From: Octopus vulgaris
Taxonomy: Eukaryota
Direction of reading: 5' to 3'
Length of the DNA: 64,000 bases
Assembly: GCA_951406725.2 (NCBI GenBank)
Contig: OX597819.1
Span: forward strand, 71,486,001 to 71,550,000
Shown here: positions 40,343 through 54,180 of the stretch, in pieces
Layout: every line of letters begins with the position of its first letter
How positions within the stretch are numbered: position 1 is the stretch's first letter
Position numbers and translations under genes: made by a program
The notes under the pieces: generated by a model
Database searches by the model: none
The model's input: only the letters and a program-made list of their open reading frames with translations
Told to the model about the DNA's origin: nothing

Positions 40343-41207
40343 TTCTGCCAGCTCACCGCCTTACATGGGATATAATGTGTTGCTCGTCATTCATTTAATG
40401 CACGCATGCGCGTGCGCACGCACGCACACACACACACACAGACAAAGAGACACACACGCAGGCACATACGCATGCGTGCGCTCACACACACAAGCGCGCG
40501 CACACACACACATACAAACAGAAAGGAGGAGAGAGAGGGTGGGAGACAGCAGGCTGAGAATTCAGTTACTGTCACCCCTTTCTTACAAATAATAAATGAA
40601 CAATAAATTGTAAATATACTCTAGAAGAAGTATTGAGTAATTCTTCGGGTTAATCTTCATTTTCTTATTTTTTGTATTATAATTCGACACAAGTCGGTCA
40701 CTTGGCAGAATCGTTATACCGTCAGAAAAAAATACTTAACGACATTTCTTCCGGCTTACTTTTTAAGTTCAAATTTCACCGAGATCGTCTGTGTCTTTCG
40801 TCATTTTGGGGTCATTAAATGAGTACCAGTCGTGCGCTGGGGTGGTTGAAATCGACTTGCACTATCTAAAAATTACTAGCTTTCGACCAAAATTTAAAAA
40901 CATTCCGACACAAAAGTATATATCATTTGTGTGTAAAGAGGTGGCCATGTTTCGTTCGTTTAACGTATCTTTTCCCACGATTTTATTGGCTAGACGAGTA
41001 TGTAAGCCGAGGTAATGTTTAAACAGCCGGATGTCCTTCCTGACGCTAAGCATTACCTGTATTAGAGGTAAGGGGTAGCTTATTCCATACGGCTTCGAAG
41101 GCAGCACTTCCGTACAAGAAGCGATTGTAGATACAAACAAACGGATACACACACATACATGTTTATATATGCGTGTGTGTATACATACATACATGTATAT
41201 ATATATA

Positions 41208-41304
<97 letters not shown>

Positions 41305-42059
41305 CACATTGTATGCAATACTCTCAAAGCCACTCACCTGATGACGTGCGAGTACATAGCTATTGCTGGATCATGTTTATATAATATTTTATGTTATTGT
41401 ATGATATGGAAAAGTCAGCAACAGTTGTCACCAATGCATAGAAACAATTGTTGTGATTTGTGATTAAAACCTGTTCATTCTATCTTCTTGGATTATAACT
41501 TTTTTATATATATGTGTGTGTGTGTGTGTGTACGACTTCCATCAGTTTCTGTATATTAAATCCATTCAAAAGGATTAGACCGGCCAGGTGCTGGACGGTG
41601 GGTTTGAACGCGAAAACCCTGTAGTTTGGAAGCACACTCCCTCATCACACACACATCCTTGTGCCTCTGCCTATGTGTGTGTGTGTGTTGGTATATGTGT
41701 GAGTATATGTGTGTTTGCGCGCGTGCGTGTGTGTGTATGTGTTTAATTCGTGTTTCTATATAATGAAGTAATGTCAATGAATTTCGTTTTATTTGGATTT
41801 AAATATATTTGGTGAAATATTCAATCACTATACACAGTGATATCTGGCAGAACCATTTGAGTCTCCGACTAAATAACTGGCGGTGTTTCCGCTTTTTACA
41901 TCCTGAGAACAAATCCCGCTGGAATCAGCTTTACTTCTCCTCCTTTTGTAGTCGAAACAGTAAAAGTACCAGACAAGTTCTGGTAAAGAACAGACGAAAA
42001 GTCTCTTTTCGAGTAAAAACACACAGAAAAACTGGTGGCCTTATTCCAGAATTTGGAAA

Positions 42060-42105
<46 letters not shown>

Positions 42106-42120
42106 TCATCATCATCATCA

Positions 42121-42183
<63 letters not shown>

Positions 42184-43014
42184 AAATTTTCAACTATAAA
42201 CCATCTTAGCTCTATAAATGTCAGATGATGATGTTAAAAATTCATGAGAGATTTATTTTCTAAAGATGGCGCTTGAACCTGCGTGATGCGATGCATATGT
42301 CTCCCATACTATTATACATTATCATCGCTATTCTATATTTTCTGTTTATATCCTTATGTATGTCACTTCCGTTTGCATCATTCATACTTTAAAAAAAAAA
42401 AGCTGGACTGTTTAGTATGAAATGAAAGCGATATAATTTATCGTAGCTGATATATATTCCAATGACATTTCACTAGAGTAACATATGAGAATGTTTGCAT
42501 GTGTTACCTCACTATTATACATTATAATGTGTTGCATAGATTTCCATATTATTATTATACGCCATTATAGCAACGGTATATTGTGTTTATATCTTTAAGT
42601 ATGTCATTTCCGTTTGCATTCGCACTTCAAAACCTAAATGTTTTCAGTAAAATGATATACGTTTATCTCAGATTATGCATTCCAATGGTATTTGCCGAAA
42701 TGGCATACAAAAATATTTCTTTTTTTATATTATATGATTTGGGGAAAATTACCTCGTTGGCATATATAACATATAATGAGCGCAGAGAGAGGCCGATTTA
42801 TTGAGCCAAATTACTCGTTAGTTATATTTTCGAGGGAGAGAGATTGGGGAGAACAATATATGTGCACGAATAATATTCAGAATTTGGATTGGCTGAGATA
42901 ATTCCCAGGGTAACATCCGATTTATTATGTATTGAAGTCTTATCCATCGTATAACTGGTATCTTTGAGAGGATACGTTTGCTACCATGGGTAATATCAGG
43001 AGAAAATGACATAT

Positions 43015-43572
43015 CTTTTCTTTTACTTGGTTCAGTCATTAGAATACGTCCATGCTGGGGCACAGCCTTGAAGAAATTTCAGTCGAACAACTCAACCCAT
43101 GTCCATTTTTTTAAAGCTTGGTATATATTCTATGGGTCTGTTTTTGGCGAACCAGTACTTTATGGGGGCGTAAATACACCAACACCGGTTGCCTAACGGT
43201 AATGGAGGACAAACACAAACACAAAGTCACATAACCACACACGCGTGCATATATATGTATATGTATATGTATATGTGTATATATATATATATATATAAAT
43301 GTATAAAATATTTTTATACACAGAGAAGGGATTTTTGACAGGACTCCTTACAAGCTAGAAAGGCGTCCTGTCAAAGGTCCCCTCACTGTGTAATATATAT
43401 ATATATATACGCGACGGGCTTTTTTCAGTTTCTGTCTACGGGGTCCACTCAGAAGTCTCTGGTCGGCCTGAGGTTATAAAAGAAAGAGATTTGCCCATAG
43501 TGCCACACTGTGGGACTGAACACAGAAGCATGTGGTTGGGAAGCAAACTTCTTACCGCATAGCCACGCCTAT
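43015..43572 (-). mobile_element. SINE family B with a nested hairpin MITE
   Basis: Conserved head and tail; hairpin at 43317-43392 inside the internal TA tract. Confidence 0.8.
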
Positions 43573-45596
43573 GTATGAAATTAGAAATTTCAGAAAGGAG
43601 GAGCAAGTCGATTGTATTCACTCCAGGACTTGACAAGTAATTTACTTTATTGACCCCGAGTGGATGAAAGGCAAAGTTGACATCGGCAGAATTTGAACGT
43701 AGAACGTAACGAATCGGAAGAAATACTACTAAGCATTTTGTTCGACACGATAACGATAGTTTCTGATTTAGGCACACAAAGCCAGAAGATCGACTTCAGT
43801 AGTCGACTACTATTTTTATTGAGCCCGAGAGTGTGAATGGCAAAGTTGATCTCGGCAAGGTTAGGACTGAAAATGTGAAACGATCTTTCGAAGTATCACA
43901 GGGAACTTTGTCTAATATACAAACGATTCGGCCAAAGCAGACAATAGATTTTGGTTCGATAACAAGTGAAAGAATTCTCTTGAAGAAAATGTCTTTCGAG
44001 TCAATTAAAGCAACACGATATATAACTACAAATACATTTAGCTATAGACAATAGATTGTTAAGTTCATATACATTGACTGTAAGTCCACGTTTGTTTACT
44101 TGCATGATATACAGGCTCTATTAACGATCAATGACGAAAAAGAAGGAGAAAGAAAAAGAAAAACACACATTCCAAAAATGTCTTCTAAACTAATTATTTC
44201 CATTTCTAAGAAATGTTTCGCTTCATAAAATGTTTAATTTAGTTGAATTTATTTGCCTCGGGTTATGTCATGCCGGGGATTTCAAATAAGAATGAAATGG
44301 CACTATAAGTAATTACCGATGACTAGAAATTTCAAGTTCTTTCTTCGATTTCAAATTCAAAGTTCTAATCCCGCCACGATTGATCTAGAAGTGGTTACCT
44401 CCCTTACAATAATTAGCCGCCAGAGCATACCAAGTGTTTGTCTTAAAGTGATTATATGAAAAGCGTGTACATGCAATCGATGTCGGTGTAGCCAGTTGCT
44501 GATAATCAATAGTTTTAGTTCGTTCACTGAGGAATTTCAGTTCGTTCATTGAAGAATTTAACGATAGTTGTGCGAGGTCTTCCCGCATACATATGTGTGT
44601 GTGTTTGTGTGTGTGTGTCTGTTTGTACCCTCCCACCATCGCTTGACAACCGATGCTGGTGTGTTTATGTCCCTGTAACTTAGCAGTTCGGCAAAAGAAA
44701 CCGATAGGATAAGTACTAGGCTTACGAATAATAAGTTCTGAGGTGCTCCAGCATGGCCGCAGTCAACTGACTGAAACAAATAATAGAATAAAAGAATATA
44801 TACACCTTCGATGTGTTCTCTCAAGCTGCCATAAGTAATCGGCAGCTTTCCCTCCGGACCCTACCATTTTAATTGATGGGGGGAAATCCGGAGAAGGTAT
44901 TATAGTTATAGATGCAGCCCCAAATTGTAATAAAGAGAATAGAACAACGTAGAGTAGAGACCACAGTTAGTCAGGTTCTTAGCGATTGAAGAATATAGCA
45001 AGGTTCTTTGAATTACAATGATAGCCATCTCATATAGAGAAGTAATCACAGCATACAAGAATAGCATCGAGAAGTTACTACAATGGATAGGAACAACGCA
45101 TTGAGGTAATCACAGCATAGTAGGTTCAATTTTCTGCAGGAAGAAAGATAGTAGAGAATGGTGGATTACAGAACGTTTTAGAAATGATCTCGTTACTCAG
45201 TAAATGTTCCATAAATAGACATCAACTCCTTTCGTTATGTCAAATTTTTATACTGAGAAATCTTGAGAAGGTTCCTTCTGCATTTTACATACCCATAAAG
45301 AATCAATCTCATATATATAATAAAATGGGAAGGTAAATTTCGATTAAGATGTTCCTGCAATTAGGAGAACTCCCTTTCGGAAATTATAGAATATAACGAT
45401 ACGAAATTTTTGTGTAGGGTAAAAACCAATATATTTTTGGAGTGAATCTAGATTGTGTTAACAACGTTATCTCACTTCCTTGTTGACATTAGACTTTAAA
45501 CGCACCCAGAGGGAAATTTTGCTTTCTGGTTGCACGGATAGTATCAGATAACTAGGTAACGGAAAATTTTCCTCTCACTGGGTTGAGTATAGGAAA

Positions 45597-45795
<199 letters not shown>

Positions 45796-45963
45796 ACATA
45801 TATACTTTTATAAGTTTATTATAACGAGTAATAACGTATTCCATAAAAGGAAATTGATATCGAGATGATAAAATATTCATAAAAGGTGAATAAATTGAGA
45901 AAACCCCATATATACACAGAAAAATTGGGAACGAGAGGAGGAAGAAAAAAAAGTGGAGTAAAA

Positions 45964-45998
<35 letters not shown>

Positions 45999-46563
45999 CG
46001 ACGATGATGATTGTGATGATGATGATTGATGATGATGATGATGATGACAACGATGACGATGATGGTGATGATGATGATGATGATAATGATGATGATGGTG
46101 ATGTTGTTTTTGATGATGATGATGATGATTGTGATGGTCATGATAATGATAAACGTTGCGTCAAAGGGCGAGATACTCCAGCAATACGTGGCTAGTGAGG
46201 TGAAGAAAGAAATCAGATAAAGTTGGAAAGATCAAGGACACAATGTAAAGCGCGCGTTGGCGCATGCGTACTGTCTGCTTTGTCTATTAACACAAACAAT
46301 TATGTACATACGAATATCTTTATATATATGTATGCGTTCGTGTGCGTATTTTTAAATACATATACTAATTTATATGCTATGTGTATTTTCCTGTTGCTAC
46401 AATGGCGTAGCAGAGTATATAAACTCTCATGTCGCTCGTTTATATACTCCTCTACGCCATCGCAGCTACCGGAAAATACACACAGCATATACATTAGCAT
46501 ATGTAATTAATAATATTTATTACATTCGAGCTGCTTTTAGTCCATACGTATACATACATGCAT

Positions 46564-46624
<61 letters not shown>

Positions 46625-46713
46625 GTGAGAATTTACAAAAGAAACAAAAGACGAAGACGGGTGTGTAAACAACAAACGGATGTATTAGTTTAACGCTCGG
46701 GAAGTGAGAAAGT

Positions 46714-46749
46714 CTTTTACGTTTCGAGCTTACGCTCTTCGACAGAAAG
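46714..46749 (-). ncRNA. Minimal hammerhead motif, A6U core variant
   Basis: CTTT-CTGTCGA-A-GAGC-GTAA-GCTC-GAAA-C-GTA-AAAG. Confidence 0.55.
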
Positions 46750-46842
46750 GAACACAGAAATAAACAGGGAGAGAAAATAGAAAAAGGTTTAGTGGCTAAA
46801 GATCTATCAAAAATACATCGATATATATATATATAAACAAAT

Positions 46843-46899
<57 letters not shown>

Positions 46900-46984
46900 C
46901 ACATACAATGCAGCGTGGTAGGTGTTTATAAGCCATTTAAAAACATGCAAACACCGTTAGATTCACTTCAACATTTAAATTTAA

Positions 46985-47035
46985 TTTGCCAAAATATTTT
47001 CGTCGCTTTGAGACTGTGACCTGTTCACTGATAAA
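46985..47035 (-). ncRNA. Hammerhead-like motif with a G3-C8 core swap
   Basis: TTTATCA-GTGAACA-G-GTCAC..GCGAC-GAAA-A-TA-TTT-TGGCAAA. Confidence 0.45.
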
Positions 47036-47109
47036 ATTCCGCGCTGCATCATACGTAGTTATATACATGCACACACGCCTGTTATATGTATATACTCTCT
47101 CTCTCTCTT

Positions 47110-47360
47110 ATACTCTTTTACTTGTTTCAGCCATTTGACTGTGGCCATGCTGCAGCACCGCCTTTAGTCGAGCAAATCGACCCCAGGACTTATTCTTTGT
47201 AAGCCTAGTACTTATTCTATCGGACTCTTTTGCCGAACCGCTAAGTTACGGGGACATAAACACACCAGCATCGGTTGTCAAGCGATGTTGGTGGGGGGGA
47301 CAAACACAGACACACAAACATATACATACTCACACACACACATACACGCACACACACACG

Positions 47361-47395
<35 letters not shown>

Positions 47396-47560
47396 GCATA
47401 AATACGACGGGCTTCTCTCAGTTTCCGCCTACCAAATCCACTCACAAGGCTTTGATGGGTCCGAGGCTATAGTAGAAGACACTTGTCCGGGGTGCCACTG
47501 AACCCGGAACCATGTGGTTCCTAAGGAAGCCATTTACCACATAGCCACTCCTACGCCTAT
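47110..47560 (-). mobile_element. SINE family B, well-preserved copy
   Basis: Full head, core, microsatellite and tail. Confidence 0.9.
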
Positions 47561-48400
47561 ATGCATTCTTTTACCTGAAAATAATGAGTGATCATAAAAG
47601 GACTAGTGCGCATACATATAATGATATATAGCGTAGCTCAGCGACGACGTACCTCACACATATAGAACGCAGTAAATATGTTGTTTTTGATTCAAAACCA
47701 TGGCTAATTAATCCACTTAATGAAAAATACTATAAATCAGTGAGAAAATCTTAACATTTGTTATATCATTGAAAAGGCAACCAAACTTCTATAATGGATA
47801 TGTATTCATCACAGTTCTTAGCTGTAGGATCATCTCGATAATAACTGTTGATTTTCCCCCTTGTTTCTCAGCTTCTATTCATTAGCGATCCCGACTTTAT
47901 CAGAGGAAATAATTGCTTTGGCGACATAGACAAAAACATTATTATGCGAAAATGAAGTATTCCGAAGCTTATTAGAAATTCTGTCTGGGTAAAAATAAAA
48001 GATGCATAGAATGGGGTCTTTTGATAGCGCAGGTATATGTGACATTGAGGACTTAAATATACGAAATGTAGCATGATATTCACTATAAGATTATATACTT
48101 ATCTAGAAATGACAAGATTCTCTCTTTCTCTCCCCCTCTCTATCTCTTTCTCTTTCTCTTTCTATACTTGATACCTTTAAGAACGACATCATCAATATAT
48201 TTATGACTTCTAGGTTAAATGTAACCACACCACCGATATTAATACCATAACCTTATATCAGCAAGAACTCTTGCATCAAGTTTTACATATTGGCCACGAT
48301 GAAAAGAAAAACACTAAATTCTATTCAAATCTTAAAAAGAGACAACACTAATTTTTAGATTGCTAGGACGATTTTACAGCGAAGCACATCCTATATAAAT

Positions 48401-48620
48401 CTCTTCTACTCAAGGCAAAAGGCCCAAAATTTGTGGGGAACGGGGTGGTATGGCAGTCGATTAAATCGACCCCAGTACACAACTGGTACTTCATTTATCG
48501 ATCCCGAAAGGATGAAAGGCAGAATCGACCTCGGTGCAATTTGAACTCAGAACGTAAAAACACGAAATACCGCTAAGAATTTCGTCCGGCGTGCTAGTCT
48601 TTCTGCCAGTTCGCCACCTT
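48401..48620 (-). mobile_element. SINE family A with a perfect 17-bp target-site duplication
   Basis: GCACATCCTATATAAAT at 48384-48400 and 48621-48637. Confidence 0.92.
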
Positions 48621-49019
48621 GCACATCCTATATAAATGGCATAGAAAGATGCAAATTATGCGTAGCAGAAAAAAGACTTATATTGAAAATACCAAAAAAT
48701 TTATATCACCACCAGAGTAAATTGATCTTCATTAAATCGACACTCGGTTTCCTTGTTATGTATGCCATCTAAATCTATTCTAGAAATAAATTCTGAAAAT
48801 TTATATGGATAAAGTTATCAATCATCTCTTTATTTGTACCCTTTTTTGGTTCCATGTTCTGCAGCCAAAACAGGCTGTGAACATGCAGCTTGTTTTGGTG
48901 CCGGTACGTTTTTGACGCTGGAGGCAAAGACAGACCTGCACATGCTGAAATATATACATGCAGAGAGAAAAAGCGACATAGGTAGGTAGATAGATAGATA
49001 GAATGATAGATAGATAGAC

Positions 49020-49073
<54 letters not shown>

Positions 49074-49090
49074 GTAGATATGTAGATAGG

Positions 49091-49146
<56 letters not shown>

Positions 49147-50483
49147 GAGGAGGGTGAGAGAGCGAGAGAAAGAGAGACGTTGCGTTTTATTAACTAAACA
49201 CGAGTGACATATTTTCACTGTCATCATACACAAAGTACACATGCACACACACAAATAAAGAGAAAGAGAGAGAGAGGGTGTGTGTGAGGAAACGTGTACA
49301 ACGTTAAAACGTCTGATGTCAAACAAGTCAGTGTCGAATCAGTAACTCCAAATAAGCGGCACCAAAAGGTCTGCATTACAATGTGTCATATATCTAAATA
49401 GCAGCTCTTTCAAACTTACACATTTCTAAGCGTCATAACAGATATAAAGGAAACGGATCATATACAGCTATGTCCATTCTAAGTAAGCTTCGTTCCTTCT
49501 TATAACTTCCGCATAAAAGAATATATCACACATATTAGAGCACTTACCATGTTTGAAGTGCTAGCATCGTGCCGTCTGATGATTGCACGTATAAATGCAT
49601 GCGCATGAAACTCTGAGCAATAATGTTTTAACCAACACAAAGACTATATCCTTATACATCTTTCACTCTACCTTTCTACTGTATTCGTAGTTTTGAATTT
49701 GGGCAAATTCTATTTTATTATATATGTATGCATATCTACTTACCTACATACGCGCGCGCGCACACGCACGCACGTACAAACACATACACACGTCAGGTTT
49801 CAGTCACAGATCATTTGCCGGACCTGGACTATAATAGAAGACACTTGCCCAAGTGCCCAATGTTCCGCGTTATGGGATTGAAACCGAAAAGACGTGGGTT
49901 TAAAGCGAGGTTCTTTACCTCCGCCACCAACCATGCCTGTATTTATATATGCATGTGTCTGGATTATCGGTGACATCTTAACTATCTTTTTACTAGTAAA
50001 ACCCAAACTGGAAAGTCCCTCTCTATTCAAGTTGCACTAAAACATGAGTTAGACTATGTACTCCAAAGTAACGAAACTCATTTACTCTACACTGCTCCTG
50101 CATATACTTCTCCTTATTTGTTCCTTGCTGTGCGTCTTTATATAATCTTTTCAGTCGTTTATGGCAGGAAGGCGTGATTTAGTGTAGGCTTTGACCACTA
50201 TTTCTAGAGTTTTGTGTGCCTACATAGAGGTATCTTCGCTTCTTCGTTGGAGACTTAATTGTTGATCACTTTAGATACGTCAGTTGTTGGCCAACTCTAT
50301 ACATTTTAAAAAATTTTTAACAAAGGAGCAGAAGTGGCTGTGTGGTAAGAAGCTTGCTTACTAACAACATGGTTCTGAGTTCAGTCCCACTGCGTGGCAC
50401 CATAGGCAAGTGCCTTCTACTATAGTCTCGGGCCGACCATAGCCTTGTGAGTGGATTTGGTAGACGGAAACTGAAAGCAACCC

Positions 50484-50525
<42 letters not shown>

Positions 50526-50541
50526 ATATATATATATATAT

Positions 50542-50609
<68 letters not shown>

Positions 50610-50699
50610 GTAGATAGATAGACATGTGTGTATAAATATGTGTGTGCGTGTGTGTATGTATATGTATGTGTGTATATGTTTGTGTGTCTGAGGAAGGAA

Positions 50700-50990
50700 T
50701 TGGTCTCTAACAATGATACAAAGATCCATCATTGAAGTGCAGAATACAAACCAAATTCACATTGTAAACTTGAAAAAAAAGTCATAACTGTGCCCCTGAC
50801 ATATTGTATTTGTAATGTGCAAGGTAGCTGGTTGAATTCTTCCTCTGAAATACTAGTTTATCCAGATTGTCCTTTAGGCATTTACTCACAAAACCACAAA
50901 TGCGAATTTGTATAATCTGGAGGTTTCGAAGCAGCTGTTCGTGGTTAATCTCTATCTCCTTGATTTTCGAAGACATTCATATAAACAGGA
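50700..50990 (-). pseudogene. Second R4/Dong-type 3' fragment
   Basis: EQLLRNLQII..GFVSKCLKDNLDKLVF, homologous to 34705-35200. Confidence 0.7.
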
Positions 50991-51620
50991 CAGCTGCACG
51001 TATGTAAGTATGTATGTATGTATGTATGTATGAATGTATGTATGTATGTATGTATGTATGTATGTATGTATGTATGTATGTATGTACGTGTGTATGTATG
51101 CATGTTTGTATGTATGCATAAAAGCTGCACCTTTATATTGCAATCTTTTGGCTTCAAACTTTTGAAGAAGGCCGTAAATTTTTATAGGTACAGGAGACCT
51201 ATTTTATCGGCCGTAGTAACTGAGTAAAGCTGTGAGCTAACAGAATCTTTAGCACGTCGAACAAAATACTTAGCAGCATTTCTTCTGGCTGTACATCAGT
51301 CATGGCAGAAATCAGAGAAAGATTTTAAAATTTCCAGTTTTATGTAATCATGTATAACACCATTTCATTCTTATTTAAAATCCTCAGCATGGCATAACTC
51401 GAGGCAAATAAATTAAAATAAATTGAATCTTCGTATTCAACATGCTTCCCCACCATTACCACCACCACCACCACTTCAGCATTGCTGGCCTTGAACTCAG
51501 CAGTGGACTGGTGTCTCGGTTGTGGGGATGTTGTAGTTTCAGCCACTTATACGCCATAGAAACCGAATAACCAGCCTCGTCGTTCCGGTGGTTCAAGAAA
51601 AAAAAATTTAAGTGACTGGT

Positions 51621-51664
<44 letters not shown>

Positions 51665-51678
51665 ACACACACATGCAT

Positions 51679-51768
<90 letters not shown>

Positions 51769-53178
51769 TCATTTATTTGTAAATGAGTTTCATCAGAGTG
51801 AACAGCAAATTGAAGCTGGGACAGTTCTGAACTGACAACCTCCTTTGTAACTAGTGATTATATCGCCTCACCTCCTTTATATCGCCATGTATTAATGTGA
51901 TGTGTGGGTATATATTTAGTATAAAGAGAAAGGCGGATGGCAAGCTAACGTCAAGGAAAATAAACGTCAAAAAACTGAGAGAGAGTGAGAGAAATAGAGC
52001 GAGGGTGAAAGAGAGATTAAATGAAAAAACAGGATTACATAAGTTTGAACCATTTGACATATGTACGTGTTTATAATTTCATTCCCTTCATTGAACACAA
52101 TGTTGTAATACAATGCTTACTTTATATAGCTTATTATATGAATTGATGTTTTTGCTAATAGTTTTGACTTCAACGGATCGAATCTCACGTCTCCCTTGAG
52201 TAGTTATTTTTTTTCCTTTTGCTTTTTATTCGTCTTAGAGATTCAGTTTGACTCAACATTTAGAGTAACCGAAACACTCGTTCATCTTTTTTATTTATAT
52301 ATATTAATATAGTTGTGTTGTTATATGGTGGTGGATCTTCGTCGTTGAACGATGAGGATTCAGCTATTCGATCAATTGAAAGTTTCCGTCTTTACAGTTT
52401 TATTCACAAATTATGAGTTGACTCAAAACTGTAAAAAATAACATTTGTCTAAGATGCCAAGCAGCTGTATTGAAACGGGCCCTCGTGATCGCCAAGCTAA
52501 CCTCCATAACCATTCGGCCACATTGCGCCTGCTAACTATTTAGATGTAAGTGGACATGACTATTGACCCTTATAAATGATTTGGACCTGAATAAAAAACA
52601 TTGCGATGACAAGATTCGAACCACGAAACTCTTGACTGGTTTGTCATGTATATTACCGGTCGCGTCATTCACGATGGTGTGTATATGCATGCTTGTATCT
52701 GCATATACATGTACATACAGCTGTGCATATACGAATATGCACGTATATATATATATATATGCACACATTTGCAACGATGTATAGAAACATATTTCAGCAA
52801 ACTAACCTAACAATCCGGTTTCGTTTCCTGGTCTTATTTCAGTCATTCTATGAAATCATTGCTCTCAAGATATAAAAGAGTGTGACAGCGTCGACATTCA
52901 CCATTGCAGAGGCAAATACATATGGATGATAACCTGTTAATGGATATCTGTGAGAAACCCGATTCACACCCAACAAAAATCACAAAAGAATTGTCTCTGG
53001 TATCCAGGATAAATTTTGCTCTCGTATGAATAGTGTGTAAGAAGCTTGCTTCCTAGTCACTGGGGTCTGGGTTCAGTCCTCCAGTATGGCACATTGGGCA
53101 AGTGGCCTCCACTCTAACCTCAGGCAACCTAAGCCTTGTGAGTGGATTTGGTAGACGAATACTGAAGGAAACCTTTCG

Positions 53179-53214
<36 letters not shown>

Positions 53215-53282
53215 GATTTGTATGTCTTGTTTTATGTATGTATTCGCATGCATATAGTTGCATATCTAGACATGCTCATATA

Positions 53283-53481
53283 CAGGATGGCCCAAAAGTA
53301 GGTTTACAGTTATTCCATTATCTCGTTCACATTCATATATTAACAGTTTAGATCTTAATTACAAAAAAAAAAAAAAAACAATGAAGCCACTATTCTATGC
53401 TTAAGTAATTGTAAGTTCGAAATTTAAAGGTAATAAAATATTTTGAAGGAAATTTAAAGTGCCTACTTTTGAGCCGCCCAG
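53283..53481. mobile_element. Tc1/mariner-type MITE
   Basis: TA-CAGGATGGCCCAAAAGTAGG ... CCTACTTTTGAGCCGCCCAG imperfect TIRs. Confidence 0.7.
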
Positions 53482-54128
53482 GATATTTAAATGATAGACT
53501 TCTGGAAAGTTTTACAGATTTTTCACCTTTCTTCTTTTGAGAAGCCTAATTCCTCAAGATTGGTATTTTATGCATGCATGTATGTATGTATGTATGTATG
53601 TATGTATGTATGTATGTATGTATGTATGTATGTATGTATGTATTTGTTTATATGCAGGAATGTATGATTCCGTTTGTTGCTTCTGTATATGGATGCACAT
53701 ACGTATATATATGTTTTGTGTGTGTATGTGTGCATGTATGTATGGAAGGTTGTGTGTAAATAAGTATGTAGTTACGTATGGATACATGTGTCTTGAATTT
53801 GTATATGTATATTTATATTTTTCTAACAGAGAAAATGAATATATATACAATTACACATGCATGCATGTATACAAGCATGTATATGTATATATGCATATGT
53901 ATATATATGTATGTGTCTATATATATATGTATATAATACATGTGTATACATGTTTATATATCGTTGTGTGTGCGTGTGTGTTACTTTTATAATTCTTTGA
54001 CATCAGCCTCAAAGGCTGTCTCTGATTTCTAACACCTGTACATACGAATGCATATATGAATGCATACGTGAGCATATGTTCGTATGCGTGTATGTATGCT
54101 TGTCTGCGTACGTGTATACATATATTAA

Positions 54129-54180
<52 letters not shown>

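Noticed and set aside
41338-41375. CTGATGA motif
   Set aside because: No downstream stem II or GAAA.
44517-44580. CTGAGGA hammerhead-like start
   Set aside because: GAAA is missing and the region is a 22-bp local duplication.
52810-52872. GAAACCGG on the minus strand resembling an HHR 3' half
   Set aside because: No CUGANGA-type core or pairing stem II.
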